Shown here one piece after another: positions 28,370 through 37,973 of a DNA stretch of 64,000 bases. Source of the stretch: an uncultured Nitrospirales bacterium. Lineage in GTDB: Bacteria > UBA10199 > JADGCS01. Below the pieces are notes generated by a model. The model did not search any database, was not told the origin of the DNA, and worked only from the letters and a program-made list of their open reading frames with translations. Location of the stretch: contig CAZSTS010000011.1 of assembly GCA_964609965.1 (NCBI GenBank), positions 5,099-69,098 on the forward strand, written 5' to 3'. The stretch's first letter is position 1, and each line of letters opens with the position of its first letter. Both the position numbers and the translations under genes were made by a program.

Positions 28370-31300
28370 TTGGAGTCTCCCCTGTCACGGCGAAGCTTTA
28401 GTGAAGACGGACTTGAAACTGTGAGAGCTATAGTTAGTTCTTTTTTCTCGATTTGACAGACTTCACTTGCCTTGCCTGCTGGCTTTTCCTTTGCAGTGAA
28501 TTCAACAGCAAGCGTTTGCTCTTTAATATAATCAATATTGCCACTGATAGCTTTTTCAACCTCCCCTGCTGCCGCGTATTCTACATTAATGCGATCACTT
28601 AATTTAAGGTCAGCTGTTTTTCTCAACTTTTGAATTCTATTAACCACTTCACGAGCCAAACCTTCTAATATTTGATCTTCATCCAGTGTTGTATCGAGCT
28701 CAACAGTAATAAAAGCATCAGACACAAGGTGCTCATGTCCTTTTTTAGGTTTGCGATAAATGATTAGATCTTGACTCGTAAGCTCCTCACCCTGCACTGT
28801 AAGCGATTCGCCATGTTCGACTTTGACAAGAGTTTCTGTGTCTATTCCCATTATCGCTTTGTTAATTTCACCAAACTTCTTACCCAGTCTTTTGCCTAAA
28901 GCAGCACCATTAGCCTTGGCAGAAAGCTCAACAAAATCATCTTCATTGGTAAGATACTCAACATTCTTTATATTGAGCTCTTCTTTGACGTAACTTTCGA
29001 GTGTTTTTAATCGATCTAAAAGTGCGGCATTGCGGTGAATCACAGTGAGTTTTTTTAACGGCACTTTCACTTTGATATTTTTCTTTTCGCGCATATTGCG
29101 AACAATAAGTATAACGCGTTCTATGAGGCTAACTGATTCTTCAAGGTCGCTGCTAATAAGGCCTTCGTTAGCAACAGGAAAGTCGTTTAAATGAACACTT
29201 TCTGCTGCACCCTCTTCTTTTAAGTTTTGGTACATGAGCTCTGCTAAAAATGGGGTAAACGGTGCCATAACATTAGCCATTGTGAACAAAACATAATACA
29301 AAGTTTGATAGGCTGATTCTTTGTCTTTTGTGCTTTTTTCGTCCCAAAAACGTTTACGATTTAATCGAATGTACCAATTTGTAAGGTCTTCGATAAAATC
29401 AAGAAGAGCAGGAACCACATTGTTGAGATGGTACTCTGCCATTTCTTTTTCTGTAATGGAGAGAAGTGTTTGCGTTTTTGAAATGATCCAGCGATCAAGA
29501 ATGTTATCTGATTTTGGCACAATGTTTTTCTTTGGCTCCCATTTATCAATAACCGCATAGCTGATAAAAAAGGTATAAGCATTCCACCATTTGAGTAATA
29601 TTCTTCTAACAATATCTTTTACGCCTGATTCTGAAAACCTAAGCTCTTCAGCTTTAACAACCGGTGATTGAATCATGTAAAGCCTGAGGGCATCTGCGCC
29701 GTGGGCATCAAGAACATCACCAGGATCAGGGTAATTTTTGAGGCGCTTACTCATCTTCTTGCCATCTTCGGCCAGCACCATCCCATTAACCACTACATTT
29801 TTGAAAGGAGGTTTATTAAAAAGAGCTGTGCCTAAAATCATTAGTGTGTAAAACCACCCGCGAGTCTGATCGAGTCCTTCTGCAATAAAATCTGCTGGAA
29901 AACCTTTTTCGAACTCCTCTTTGTTCTCAAAAGGATAGTGACACTGGGCATAAGGCATGGCCCCAGACTCAAACCAACAGTCAAGAACCTCTGGAATACG
30001 TTTGTAAACACCCTTCCCATCTTTGGCTGGAATCTCTAAATCGTCAAGATGCTCTCGATGGAGATCTGTAATCTTCTGGCCACAAAGCTCTTCAAGTTCT
30101 TTTATGCTTCCCACACAAACACACTCATCTGTTTCTGTGTTTTTCCAAATAGGAATTGGATTTCCCCAATAACGATTACGCGAAATATTCCAGTCACGGG
30201 CATTTTCGAGCCAATTTCCAAAACGTCCATCACGCAGAGTCTCAGGCACCCAATGTGTTTTTTGATTAGCCGCGATCATGGCTTCTTTGATTTTTTCTAC
30301 ATTCACAAACCAAGATGAAATAGCACGATAGATAAGTGGCGTGTCTGACCGCCAACAAAAGGGATAGCTGTGTTTTATGGTTTCTTGCTTTACTATCTTG
30401 CCTTGCTTTTTGAGCATGCGGATAATTTCTTTGTCGGCATCTTTTACATATTGGCCAACAAAATCACTAACAGGTTCTGTAAACTTGCCATCAGCATCAA
30501 CAGGCATAACAAGCTCTATTTTATTTTTCTTACACACATCGTAATCATCTTCACCAAAAGCAGGGGCCGTGTGCACAACACCTGTACCATCCTCAGTTGT
30601 GACAAAATCACCGAGAACAACTCGAAACGCGCCCTTTGCTGCTTGATCAGAAAAATAATCAAAGAGAGGTTCATAGCGCTTATTTTCTAAATCTTTTCCT
30701 TTGTAACGTTGAATGATTTTATATTCTTCTTCACTACGAAAATACGCTGGCAACCGAGCTTCAGCTAAAATGAAATTTTTCTTAGCATCAGGGTCAAAAA
30801 TCTTAACATAGTCAATATCAGCACCGACAGTGAGCGCTAAATTGCTGGGCAGAGTCCATGGAGTGGTTGTCCATGCCAATAAACTGGCATTGTCTTCTTC
30901 GAGAACTTTAAAAACAAGTGTGAGTGAAGGGTCTTGAACGTCTTTATAGTTTTGGCCTGCTTCAAAATTAGACAAGGGAGTACAGACGGCTGTTGAGTAA
31001 GGCATCACACGATGCCCTTGATAAACGAGTCCCTTATCCCAAAGTTGTTTAAACACCCACCAAACAGATTCCATAAACTCAGGATCCATTGTCTTATAGT
31101 CATTTCTAAAATCTACCCAACGCCCAATACGGTTGACCGTTTTTTCCCATTCCGCAGTAAAACGAAGAACAATGCTACGACATTCTTTATTATAATTCGC
31201 TATCCCAAACTTTTCGACACCTGCACTGCCACTGATCCCAAGTTTTTTATCAATTTCGTATTCAATAGGTAAGCCATGACAGTCCCAACCAAAACGACGC

Positions 31301-31542
31301 TCAACACGATAACCCTTCATAGTCCAATAACGAGGAATAATGTCCTTTAAAATTCCAGCCAAGAGGTGTCCATAATGAGGCAATCCAGTAGCAAAAGGAG
31401 GGCCATCATAGAAGGTATAAACCTTTTTTTGAGAACGATTATCGATACTCTTTTGAAACAATGAATTCTTTTTCCAGAAAGAGAGAATCTTTTCTTCTTC
31501 TTTTGCAAAACCAATCTGTGGATTAACTTCTTTAAATGCCAT
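28366..31542 (-). CDS. ileS: Isoleucine--tRNA ligase, type 2 (eukaryote/archaea-like)
   Basis: DGPPFATGLPHYGH, WTTTPWTLPSN, AEGLDQTRGWFY, KMSKR; type-2 C-terminus (EGLAREVVNRIQKLRK) with no C-terminal Zn finger; ATGA overlap with valS. Confidence 0.97.
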   Translation of the reverse strand: MAFKEVNPQIGFAKEEEKILSFWKKNSLFQKSIDNRSQKKVYTFYDGPPFATGLPHYGHLLAGILKDIIPRYWTMKGYRVERRFGWDCHGLPIEYEIDKKLGISGSAGVEKFGIANYNKECRSIVLRFTAEWEKTVNRIGRWVDFRNDYKTMDPEFMESVWWVFKQLWDKGLVYQGHRVMPYSTAVCTPLSNFEAGQNYKDVQDPSLTLVFKVLEEDNASLLAWTTTPWTLPSNLALTVGADIDYVKIFDPDAKKNFILAEARLPAYFRSEEEYKIIQRYKGKDLENKRYEPLFDYFSDQAAKGAFRVVLGDFVTTEDGTGVVHTAPAFGEDDYDVCKKNKIELVMPVDADGKFTEPVSDFVGQYVKDADKEIIRMLKKQGKIVKQETIKHSYPFCWRSDTPLIYRAISSWFVNVEKIKEAMIAANQKTHWVPETLRDGRFGNWLENARDWNISRNRYWGNPIPIWKNTETDECVCVGSIKELEELCGQKITDLHREHLDDLEIPAKDGKGVYKRIPEVLDCWFESGAMPYAQCHYPFENKEEFEKGFPADFIAEGLDQTRGWFYTLMILGTALFNKPPFKNVVVNGMVLAEDGKKMSKRLKNYPDPGDVLDAHGADALRLYMIQSPVVKAEELRFSESGVKDIVRRILLKWWNAYTFFISYAVIDKWEPKKNIVPKSDNILDRWIISKTQTLLSITEKEMAEYHLNNVVPALLDFIEDLTNWYIRLNRKRFWDEKSTKDKESAYQTLYYVLFTMANVMAPFTPFLAELMYQNLKEEGAAESVHLNDFPVANEGLISSDLEESVSLIERVILIVRNMREKKNIKVKVPLKKLTVIHRNAALLDRLKTLESYVKEELNIKNVEYLTNEDDFVELSAKANGAALGKRLGKKFGEINKAIMGIDTETLVKVEHGESLTVQGEELTSQDLIIYRKPKKGHEHLVSDAFITVELDTTLDEDQILEGLAREVVNRIQKLRKTADLKLSDRINVEYAAAGEVEKAISGNIDYIKEQTLAVEFTAKEKPAGKASEVCQIEKKELTIALTVSSPSSLKLRRDRGDSK
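28385..28411. repeat. REP-like palindrome within the ileS 3' end
   Basis: TCACGGCGAAGCTTTAGTGAAGACGGA; encodes part of the SPSSLKLRRD tail. Confidence 0.55.
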
Positions 31543-31792
31543 GCCAACTCCTAAAAAATAAAAGAAATGCGCTAACTTGCATCCAAACGCAAATAATACT
31601 GACTGATCAATATGTCAAAAAAACTTTTTAATTTTATAATGTTACAACCTGACCACATCAAACCAGCGCTCCTTATGATTTGCACATGAAATCTAGAAGT
31701 TGAAATTTGTGTTAGATTTGTCAAATTACAAAAAAACAACTATATAACTGCCTCATTACGCAACCTAAATGGATTAAAAACCGGAGTTACTC

Positions 31793-32350
31793 ATGACAGT
31801 AGCCACAAAAATAAAAAAGGGAAACATCGTCAAACTCAACAACGAGCTTTATCGAATCATCAACCTCATGCACATCACCCCAGGTAAAGGCAACGCTATT
31901 GTACAGGCTGATATGCGAAACATCAAAACAGGGGTCAAAACAAACAAGCGTTACAGATCAGCCGAAGATGTTGAAACAGCCGAAGTTTTTAACCGCAAAA
32001 TGCAATACCTATACAAAGATGGTGATGTTTATCATTTTATGGATCAAGAAAACTTTGAGCAATATGAACTCAGCGATGAACTGCTTGCAGAAACCGCACA
32101 CTACATTGTTCCAGAGCATAATTACGACGTGATGCTTTACGAAGAAGCGCCTATTGGCGTTGAACTTCCTATTAATGTGACGCTAAAAATCACCGAAACC
32201 GCACCAGGACAAAAAGGCATACAAGGAAAAACAAAAGACGCCATTTTAGAAACGGGATTTCGTATTCAAATCCCTCTTTTTCTCGAAGAAGGAGAACGCG
32301 TTGTTGTAAACACAGATACAAATGAATACATAGAAAGGGCCAAAAAATAA
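31793..32350 (+). CDS. efp: Elongation factor P
   Basis: TPGKG loop with Lys, YLY.DG, FMD..FEQ, P.F...GE...V.T....Y..R. Confidence 0.95.
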   Translation: MTVATKIKKGNIVKLNNELYRIINLMHITPGKGNAIVQADMRNIKTGVKTNKRYRSAEDVETAEVFNRKMQYLYKDGDVYHFMDQENFEQYELSDELLAETAHYIVPEHNYDVMLYEEAPIGVELPINVTLKITETAPGQKGIQGKTKDAILETGFRIQIPLFLEEGERVVVNTDTNEYIERAKK

Positions 32351-32844
32351 TGACTAAAATAGATATACTTTCTCCCTGCCCCTGTGACTCTGGTGTTAAC
32401 TATGAAAACTGCTGCCAGCCCCATCACCTAGGATCAGAAACCCCTGACACCGCCGAAAAGCTTCTCCGCGCCAGGTATACAGCTTATGTGGTAGGACAAA
32501 CTGATTACGTAGTTGAAACACATCACCCTGAAAAAGCCAAAGAACTAGACAAAGAAGGTGTCGAAGAATGGTCAGAAAGCTCCACATGGCAAGGATTAGA
32601 AATACTAAATGTTGATGATTCAAAGGCAAAAGAAGGTGAAACCGCTATTGAATTTATTGTGAGATACACCCAAGACGGCTCAAGCTATGCCCATCAAGAA
32701 ACATCCATTTTTAAAAAAGAAGCTGAAAAGTGGTTTTTTTATGACGTGAAAAAGAATGTCCCTATAAAGAAAGATAATAAAGTGGGAAGAAACGACCCCT
32801 GCCCTTGTGGAAGTGGAAAGAAATTCAAAAAATGTTGTGGATGA
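32350..32844 (+). CDS. YchJ-family SEC-C protein
   Basis: N-terminal CPC.SG..Y..CC, L.R.RY.AY, C-terminal [19 protein letters not shown]. Confidence 0.92.
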   Translation: MTKIDILSPCPCDSGVNYENCCQPHHLGSETPDTAEKLLRARYTAYVVGQTDYVVETHHPEKAKELDKEGVEEWSESSTWQGLEILNVDDSKAKEGETAIEFIVRYTQDGSSYAHQETSIFKKEAEKWFFYDVKKNVPIKKDNKVGRNDPCPCGSGKKFKKCCG

Positions 32845-32856
32845 GTGGAAACCAGA

Positions 32857-33261
32857 TCAAACTTTTTTGACATCACCAATAATCATTGCCAAAAACATCC
32901 CAGCAATAATTGCTTTTACAACAGCTCCTAAAAACCAAACAAAAGCCATTGTAAACGTAATGGGCATCACAGCATAAGAGCCAAAACCCATGAACATACC
33001 TGTGGCAAGACCAAAGAGAAGACCGTATTGCAAGGCTGTGCTTTTGTTTTTAAACTCAAAAAAGTTGTCGAAAATGAGAACAAAGACTAAGGCGCCAACC
33101 ATGGTCACAGCATAGGTAAGGCCCATATTCATTTCTAAGAGAGGTCTCCAAAGCTGAGATGTGAGTTGGTAGTCATCATAAAGAAGTAGTCCATGGATAA
33201 CAAAATCAAGAACCACCCAAGTAACAAAAATACATAAAACAGACATGGCTTGTTTTTTCAT
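32857..33261 (-). CDS. Small four-helix membrane protein
   Basis: Four hydrophobic segments; GGAG ribosome-binding site upstream. Confidence 0.75.
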   Translation of the reverse strand: MKKQAMSVLCIFVTWVVLDFVIHGLLLYDDYQLTSQLWRPLLEMNMGLTYAVTMVGALVFVLIFDNFFEFKNKSTALQYGLLFGLATGMFMGFGSYAVMPITFTMAFVWFLGAVVKAIIAGMFLAMIIGDVKKV

Positions 33262-33334
33262 ACGGTTCTCCTTAGATGAAGCGGAGTTTAAGATAAGTTA
33301 CGAGAATTGCCAAGGATTTTTTTGGAATGGTTCA

Positions 33335-34345
33335 TTATTCAGATGTACAATAACGATCAAATTGCTTTTGCGCACCCTGATGAGAAGAACATTGCTCAAG
33401 TGCCTCTTGAAAATCTTCACAAGCACCCTCTTGATCTTTAATGTTCAAATTATAAAAACCTTGGATATACGAAAACTGTGCTGATTCATAACCTTGAGAA
33501 GAAACTTGGTCGATTAATTCACCAGCAGGACCAAGATCCTCATTGCCCATGTAAACACCAGCAGCATTCAACATTGGAATTGGTCGACAAGAACATATTT
33601 CTGAAGACTGCGTATATTCGTCTAACGCAAGCGAGTAATCTCCTTCAAGATCAGCCTTCACACCTCGACCATTATGAATAACAGATAAGAATTCAGCGTC
33701 TGACAAAGCATACCATTCTCTGTGGTCGATACCAAAGCCTTCTTCAAAACTAGCATCCACTAAAATCGTTTCACCATCATCACCTTGAATACCCAGGCAA
33801 TAGTGATTCATGTTTCCATCTATTGTCTCATGCACATAAACAGGAAAACTCTCGATTTCAAAATACTGAAATAAGGCGTACAATAAATTAGTTACATCAA
33901 CACAATTTCCAACTGGTGTTTCTAAAATATCCGCACAGCTTAGTCCTGATGGTGTGTAATTAAAAGTCCAATCTAGAGATGTTACAGCATGATAAATAAC
34001 CCAAGCCTTTTCAAGCTGTGATGCCTGAGCTGGCAAGCCTCCCATTTCCCATTCTATTAAACCTACAAAATTTGAAGCTTCTGATGAGAAATCTTCTAAG
34101 GCTGCAGCCAAATCCCAAGGCAAGATATTTTCAAATAACGACTCTGGCAAATCCTTACATTCTTGAGCACTTTGCCATAATGGCTGTGGACAAGCGACAA
34201 GACCTCCTTCTTGCCGTTCTTGAACCAAGGTGTAAGCAGCACTTCCAGTGATTTTCGTTTGCGTTTTGCCTGGATAAGATCCTTGATCAACCGGATCAAG
34301 GCGTTGAATTATTGTAGATACTATTGTGTCTAAACCAAGTGCCAT
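33335..34345 (-). CDS. Transglutaminase-like (Cys-His-Asp) protein with C-terminal TPRs; no signal peptide
   Basis: GNC...LLYAL, HYCLGI, LVD; TPR-like helices in the last ~110 aa. Confidence 0.75.
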   Translation of the reverse strand: MALGLDTIVSTIIQRLDPVDQGSYPGKTQTKITGSAAYTLVQERQEGGLVACPQPLWQSAQECKDLPESLFENILPWDLAAALEDFSSEASNFVGLIEWEMGGLPAQASQLEKAWVIYHAVTSLDWTFNYTPSGLSCADILETPVGNCVDVTNLLYALFQYFEIESFPVYVHETIDGNMNHYCLGIQGDDGETILVDASFEEGFGIDHREWYALSDAEFLSVIHNGRGVKADLEGDYSLALDEYTQSSEICSCRPIPMLNAAGVYMGNEDLGPAGELIDQVSSQGYESAQFSYIQGFYNLNIKDQEGACEDFQEALEQCSSHQGAQKQFDRYCTSE

Positions 34346-34382
34346 AAAATATTAGTATTGTTCATTTTGTGATTGGTTCTTT

Positions 34383-34409
34383 ATATCGAAGGATTGATTG
34401 AAAAGTTGC
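34383..34409 (-). promoter_or_regulatory. Putative sigma28/FliA-WhiG-like promoter
   Basis: Minus strand GCAACTTT-N11-TTCGATAT, ending 37 nt upstream of ATG 34345. Confidence 0.6.
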
Positions 34410-34456
34410 TGGAAAAACAAAAATGAAATATCTTAATGATTTTATCTGGTTGGAGC

Positions 34457-35671
34457 CTATTTTGCTGCCCCTTCATGTATTCTGATAGCTTTTTCCATTT
34501 GCACATCAAAGTCATAGTGAGCAAGAACCTGTTCTCGCCTTTCTGTCGTACCGACTTTGTCCATTTCTATCCGCGCCTCATCCATCAGAACACCCATTAA
34601 TAGGTCTTCGGCATACCCATAGCTCGACCTGTATAAATAAGTATCTCTTTCTGTTCCTGCGGGCACCCCAAGAGATCCTGTATAGATTTCTTGGATATCG
34701 GCAATAGGCATAGCTAAATCATATTCAAGAGCCAGCTCCATCTGAAACAACAAAGGCGGCCTATCTACATCACCAAACTGCTCAAGCCAACTGTCAACCC
34801 GACTAGTGCTAATAATATCATTAACCGCGCTTACCCCTTCCATTTCATAATAAAGCTCGTCTATATGAGCTCTAATAAACTCATCCCAGCCAACACGTAC
34901 TCCAACCTCAAGATCCTCTAATCTTGTCTGATTCTCTGGTGAAAGACCTCTTGTCTTATCTATAACTTTGAGATGTGCGCAACGATTTAAATCTCTTTTT
35001 AGTCGCATCCATGCGCCAGCAACACCTTTAGCTGCTTTTTGAGCTTCTTCACCCCTTATTGCTTTAATACGATGTTCACCATTTATGGAAAATTCAGATT
35101 GAGCTCTTTTAGCTCTTTCTTTTGAATCATGAACATCATATAGTTTTGAGCGAAAAAAAGAACCAATAATAGCCTGTTGAATATTTGTTTGTGCCAGCCA
35201 GACAGGCAAACCATGTGTTGGCCGATTGTCAGCAGGTATGTATGTCCCCTGTATGGCTGGATCAGGCCGGCCAGGATCACCTGTATAACCAGAGGCATCA
35301 GCACCAAACCTTCGGCCCCCACCTTCTACGGAGCTCCCTACTGTCTCGTCTCTTGATTGTGTATGTCTTTCAAGTAAAGCAAGATCACTTGGAGACGCAT
35401 CATAGCGATCACCAACAGCATCGGTGATCCATTGTGGTACAGTAATTGTTGTAGGAGATTCCCCAGCATCTAAAGTACCTAGTTCTCTCGTCCCTGGAGC
35501 TTCTCTGCCTTCTTCAAATTTTTGGCTGGCTATAAATTCTGAAAGGTCTCTTGGATCAGATATATCATTATCTTCTAAAACCTGAGCATCGATGTTATCA
35601 AAAAGATCCCTGGCCACTGTATCGATTTTATCACCTGCATTGAAGTACATCTGTTGGTTATGAATAAACAT
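34457..35671 (-). CDS. Orphan protein with a degenerate LysM-like N-terminal domain and a helical C-terminus
   Basis: The N-terminal ~85 aa align by eye with the 106-aa neighbour. Confidence 0.7.
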   Translation of the reverse strand: MFIHNQQMYFNAGDKIDTVARDLFDNIDAQVLEDNDISDPRDLSEFIASQKFEEGREAPGTRELGTLDAGESPTTITVPQWITDAVGDRYDASPSDLALLERHTQSRDETVGSSVEGGGRRFGADASGYTGDPGRPDPAIQGTYIPADNRPTHGLPVWLAQTNIQQAIIGSFFRSKLYDVHDSKERAKRAQSEFSINGEHRIKAIRGEEAQKAAKGVAGAWMRLKRDLNRCAHLKVIDKTRGLSPENQTRLEDLEVGVRVGWDEFIRAHIDELYYEMEGVSAVNDIISTSRVDSWLEQFGDVDRPPLLFQMELALEYDLAMPIADIQEIYTGSLGVPAGTERDTYLYRSSYGYAEDLLMGVLMDEARIEMDKVGTTERREQVLAHYDFDVQMEKAIRIHEGAAK

Positions 35672-35677
35672 AGTCTA

Positions 35678-35998
35678 TCACTCTCTATAAGTACACATAC
35701 ACGACGCGGTAAGGGCCGTGCTGTCATAATATTCAGTCAGAAAAGGATCCATCCAATCTGGTAAGGCAAGCGTATGCGGCGTGCCTGATTCTGTATCAAC
35801 AGTGCAGAGATTCATTATTTCGGGATCTTCGATTCCCAGATACCCATTGTCTTCTGCAATTTTATCCGCCAAGGTATGATGATCTTCAAATCCTCTTTCT
35901 AAGAGAATTTCTTGACCAATTTCTCTTGTGATTTCTTGAACGCATTCAAGCAGCGTGTCTCCCGAATGAAGTTGCAATGTTCCTTGATGAATAATCAT
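35678..35998 (-). CDS. Small protein with a degenerate LysM-like domain
   Basis: SGDTL...IAEDNG..IEDP...LALP; AGGGGA ribosome-binding site. Confidence 0.65.
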   Translation of the reverse strand: MIIHQGTLQLHSGDTLLECVQEITREIGQEILLERGFEDHHTLADKIAEDNGYLGIEDPEIMNLCTVDTESGTPHTLALPDWMDPFLTEYYDSTALTASCMCTYRE

Positions 35999-36264
35999 AA
36001 TCCATTCCCCTTTGTTAAAGTCACTGTCTTGCCACTATTCCTGCTTATGAGATGAAATGCTTATTACCATTGTAGCATGCTGATTACCTGTGTGAAAGAC
36101 GGTTTAATAAGTATTTTTCGAAGAGATGTTTGATGATGTTAATTGATGTTAATCTTTGTTAATGATTGCTTTAGAGTTATTTCGGACAATAAAATCAAAA
36201 CACTGAGAAGATTGACCTCTAAACAGGTTTTTTCTATTACTCTTATATATAATATAAGTTAAAC

Positions 36265-36741
36265 ATGATAAAACGACCAAACTACCTCACCCCTCAAGGG
36301 CTCAAAAAAATCCAAAAAGAGCTACATCTGCTTTTGCACAAAGAAAGGCCTCAGATCGTAAAAACAGTCTCCTGGGCAGCAGAAAATGGTGACCGATCAG
36401 AAAACGCTGATTACATCTATGGCAAAAGAAGGTTAAGGGAAATTGATAAACGAATCCGTCATCTACAATCACGACTTGATAATATTGAAGTTATTGACCC
36501 TGCCACTGTCAAAAGTGATTGTGTAAGTTTTGGCGCCACAGTGAGCATTGAGGATGAAAACGGTGAAAAATCTACTTTTCAAATTGTGGGACCAGATGAA
36601 TATGAGCCTGAATCAGGAAAGATCAGCTGGAAAGCTCCCATGGCCAGCGCTTTGATGGGAAAAAAAGAGGGGGAGACTGTTAAAGTGAAAAGACCTCGAG
36701 GAATTCTTGAGGTCGAAATCATCAAGATAGAATACAAGTAA
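36265..36741 (+). CDS. greB: Transcription elongation factor GreB
   Basis: WAAENGDRSENADYIYGKRRLREIDKRIR. Confidence 0.97.
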   Translation: MIKRPNYLTPQGLKKIQKELHLLLHKERPQIVKTVSWAAENGDRSENADYIYGKRRLREIDKRIRHLQSRLDNIEVIDPATVKSDCVSFGATVSIEDENGEKSTFQIVGPDEYEPESGKISWKAPMASALMGKKEGETVKVKRPRGILEVEIIKIEYK

Positions 36742-36745
36742 GAAA

Positions 36746-37960
36746 TTACCCTAACATCGCATCACTCATATTCCAGATCGGCAAGAACACAGCCAAAGCA
36801 AAAACCAAAACAACACCAAAAATTACAAAAAGCAAAAGAGGCTCGATCATAGAGGACAGGTTTTTTAATGTATAGCCAATTTCAGAATCATAATGGCCAC
36901 CAATGCTCGAAAGCATTGTATCAAGAGAACCAGATTTTTCACCAATATTTGTGGCTTCAACAATCAAAGGTGAAAAATACGTTAACCGCCTCATGCTATC
37001 AGAAATGCTATGTCCTTTTTCAACATCAGCCTGCAACACCCTCACATCTCGCATAAAAGCTTCGTTCCCAATGGTTTCGGCGGTAATACTCAAAGCCTTT
37101 GTGACGGGCAAACCACTTCGGTAAAGACAAGAAAGGATATTTGCAAAACGAGCATTCGCGACCTTTAAATTAAGAGGACCAAAAATAGGCGGCTTAAAAA
37201 CAAATTTATCAACGGCAAACTTACCTTTTGGTGTATTATACCATCTTTTATACAGATAAATGAGTACGCCAAAACCTATGGCAACAAAGATAAAATAATC
37301 ATTTAGAATCTGGCTCGCCCAAAGCAGTATTTGAGTTGGCAGAGGCAAAGCAGCATCTAATGATTCGTACAGGCTTTCAAACTTGGGAATCACAAGATAA
37401 AGCATGCATGTGCAGGCTAAAATGAGAGCTGCAATAACAATTTTTGGATAAAGCATGGCAGTTTTAATGCCCTTGCGCATGGAATAATCTTTTTCCAATA
37501 CATCTGACAGCTGGTCTAGCACTTCTTCGAGAACACCAGCTTCTTCACCACTAGCCACCATATTAACATACAGGTCATCGAACACATGACTTTGTTTTGT
37601 AAAAGCCTTGGCCAAACTAGCGCCTTGCTGAACATCATTTCTGATTGATTCAAGAACCTCTTTCATTGTTGGGTTTTCTGTTTGCAAGAGAAGTGTATGC
37701 AAAATGTTTTCCATGCCCATGCCAGCCTTAAAAAGAGTAGAAAACTGCCTTGTAAAAAGAAGGATTTCGTCAGGCTTTACTTTCTTCTTAAAAAAGCCAC
37801 CCATCTTAATGTCTATTCCGCCCTTGGATGCTGCGACAGAAATGGGAATAAGGCCTTGTTCAGACAATTTTTTCTTAGCTGTTACAATGCTATCAGCATC
37901 AATAAATCCCTTAACGAGAGAACCTTTAGTACTTCTGGCTTTGTATGAATATTTTGGCAT
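36746..37960 (-). CDS. pilC: Type IV pilus/T2SS inner-membrane platform protein (PilC/MshG/GspF)
   Basis: FTRQFSTL, GEEAG.L, YP, GEKSGSLD, IEP..., LPIW. Confidence 0.92.
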   Translation of the reverse strand: MPKYSYKARSTKGSLVKGFIDADSIVTAKKKLSEQGLIPISVAASKGGIDIKMGGFFKKKVKPDEILLFTRQFSTLFKAGMGMENILHTLLLQTENPTMKEVLESIRNDVQQGASLAKAFTKQSHVFDDLYVNMVASGEEAGVLEEVLDQLSDVLEKDYSMRKGIKTAMLYPKIVIAALILACTCMLYLVIPKFESLYESLDAALPLPTQILLWASQILNDYFIFVAIGFGVLIYLYKRWYNTPKGKFAVDKFVFKPPIFGPLNLKVANARFANILSCLYRSGLPVTKALSITAETIGNEAFMRDVRVLQADVEKGHSISDSMRRLTYFSPLIVEATNIGEKSGSLDTMLSSIGGHYDSEIGYTLKNLSSMIEPLLLFVIFGVVLVFALAVFLPIWNMSDAMLG

Positions 37961-37973
37961 AGATTACCTGTGA

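Noticed and set aside
31543-31792. T-box leader for ileS-valS
   Set aside because: No T-box consensus (GGTGGNACCGCG) or terminator was seen.
36178-36206. Fourth sigma28-like promoter (TCCGAAAT) for the LysM-like pair
   Set aside because: Poor -35 match and ~180 nt from the start; a TGNTACAAT extended -10 closer to the gene is a simpler explanation.
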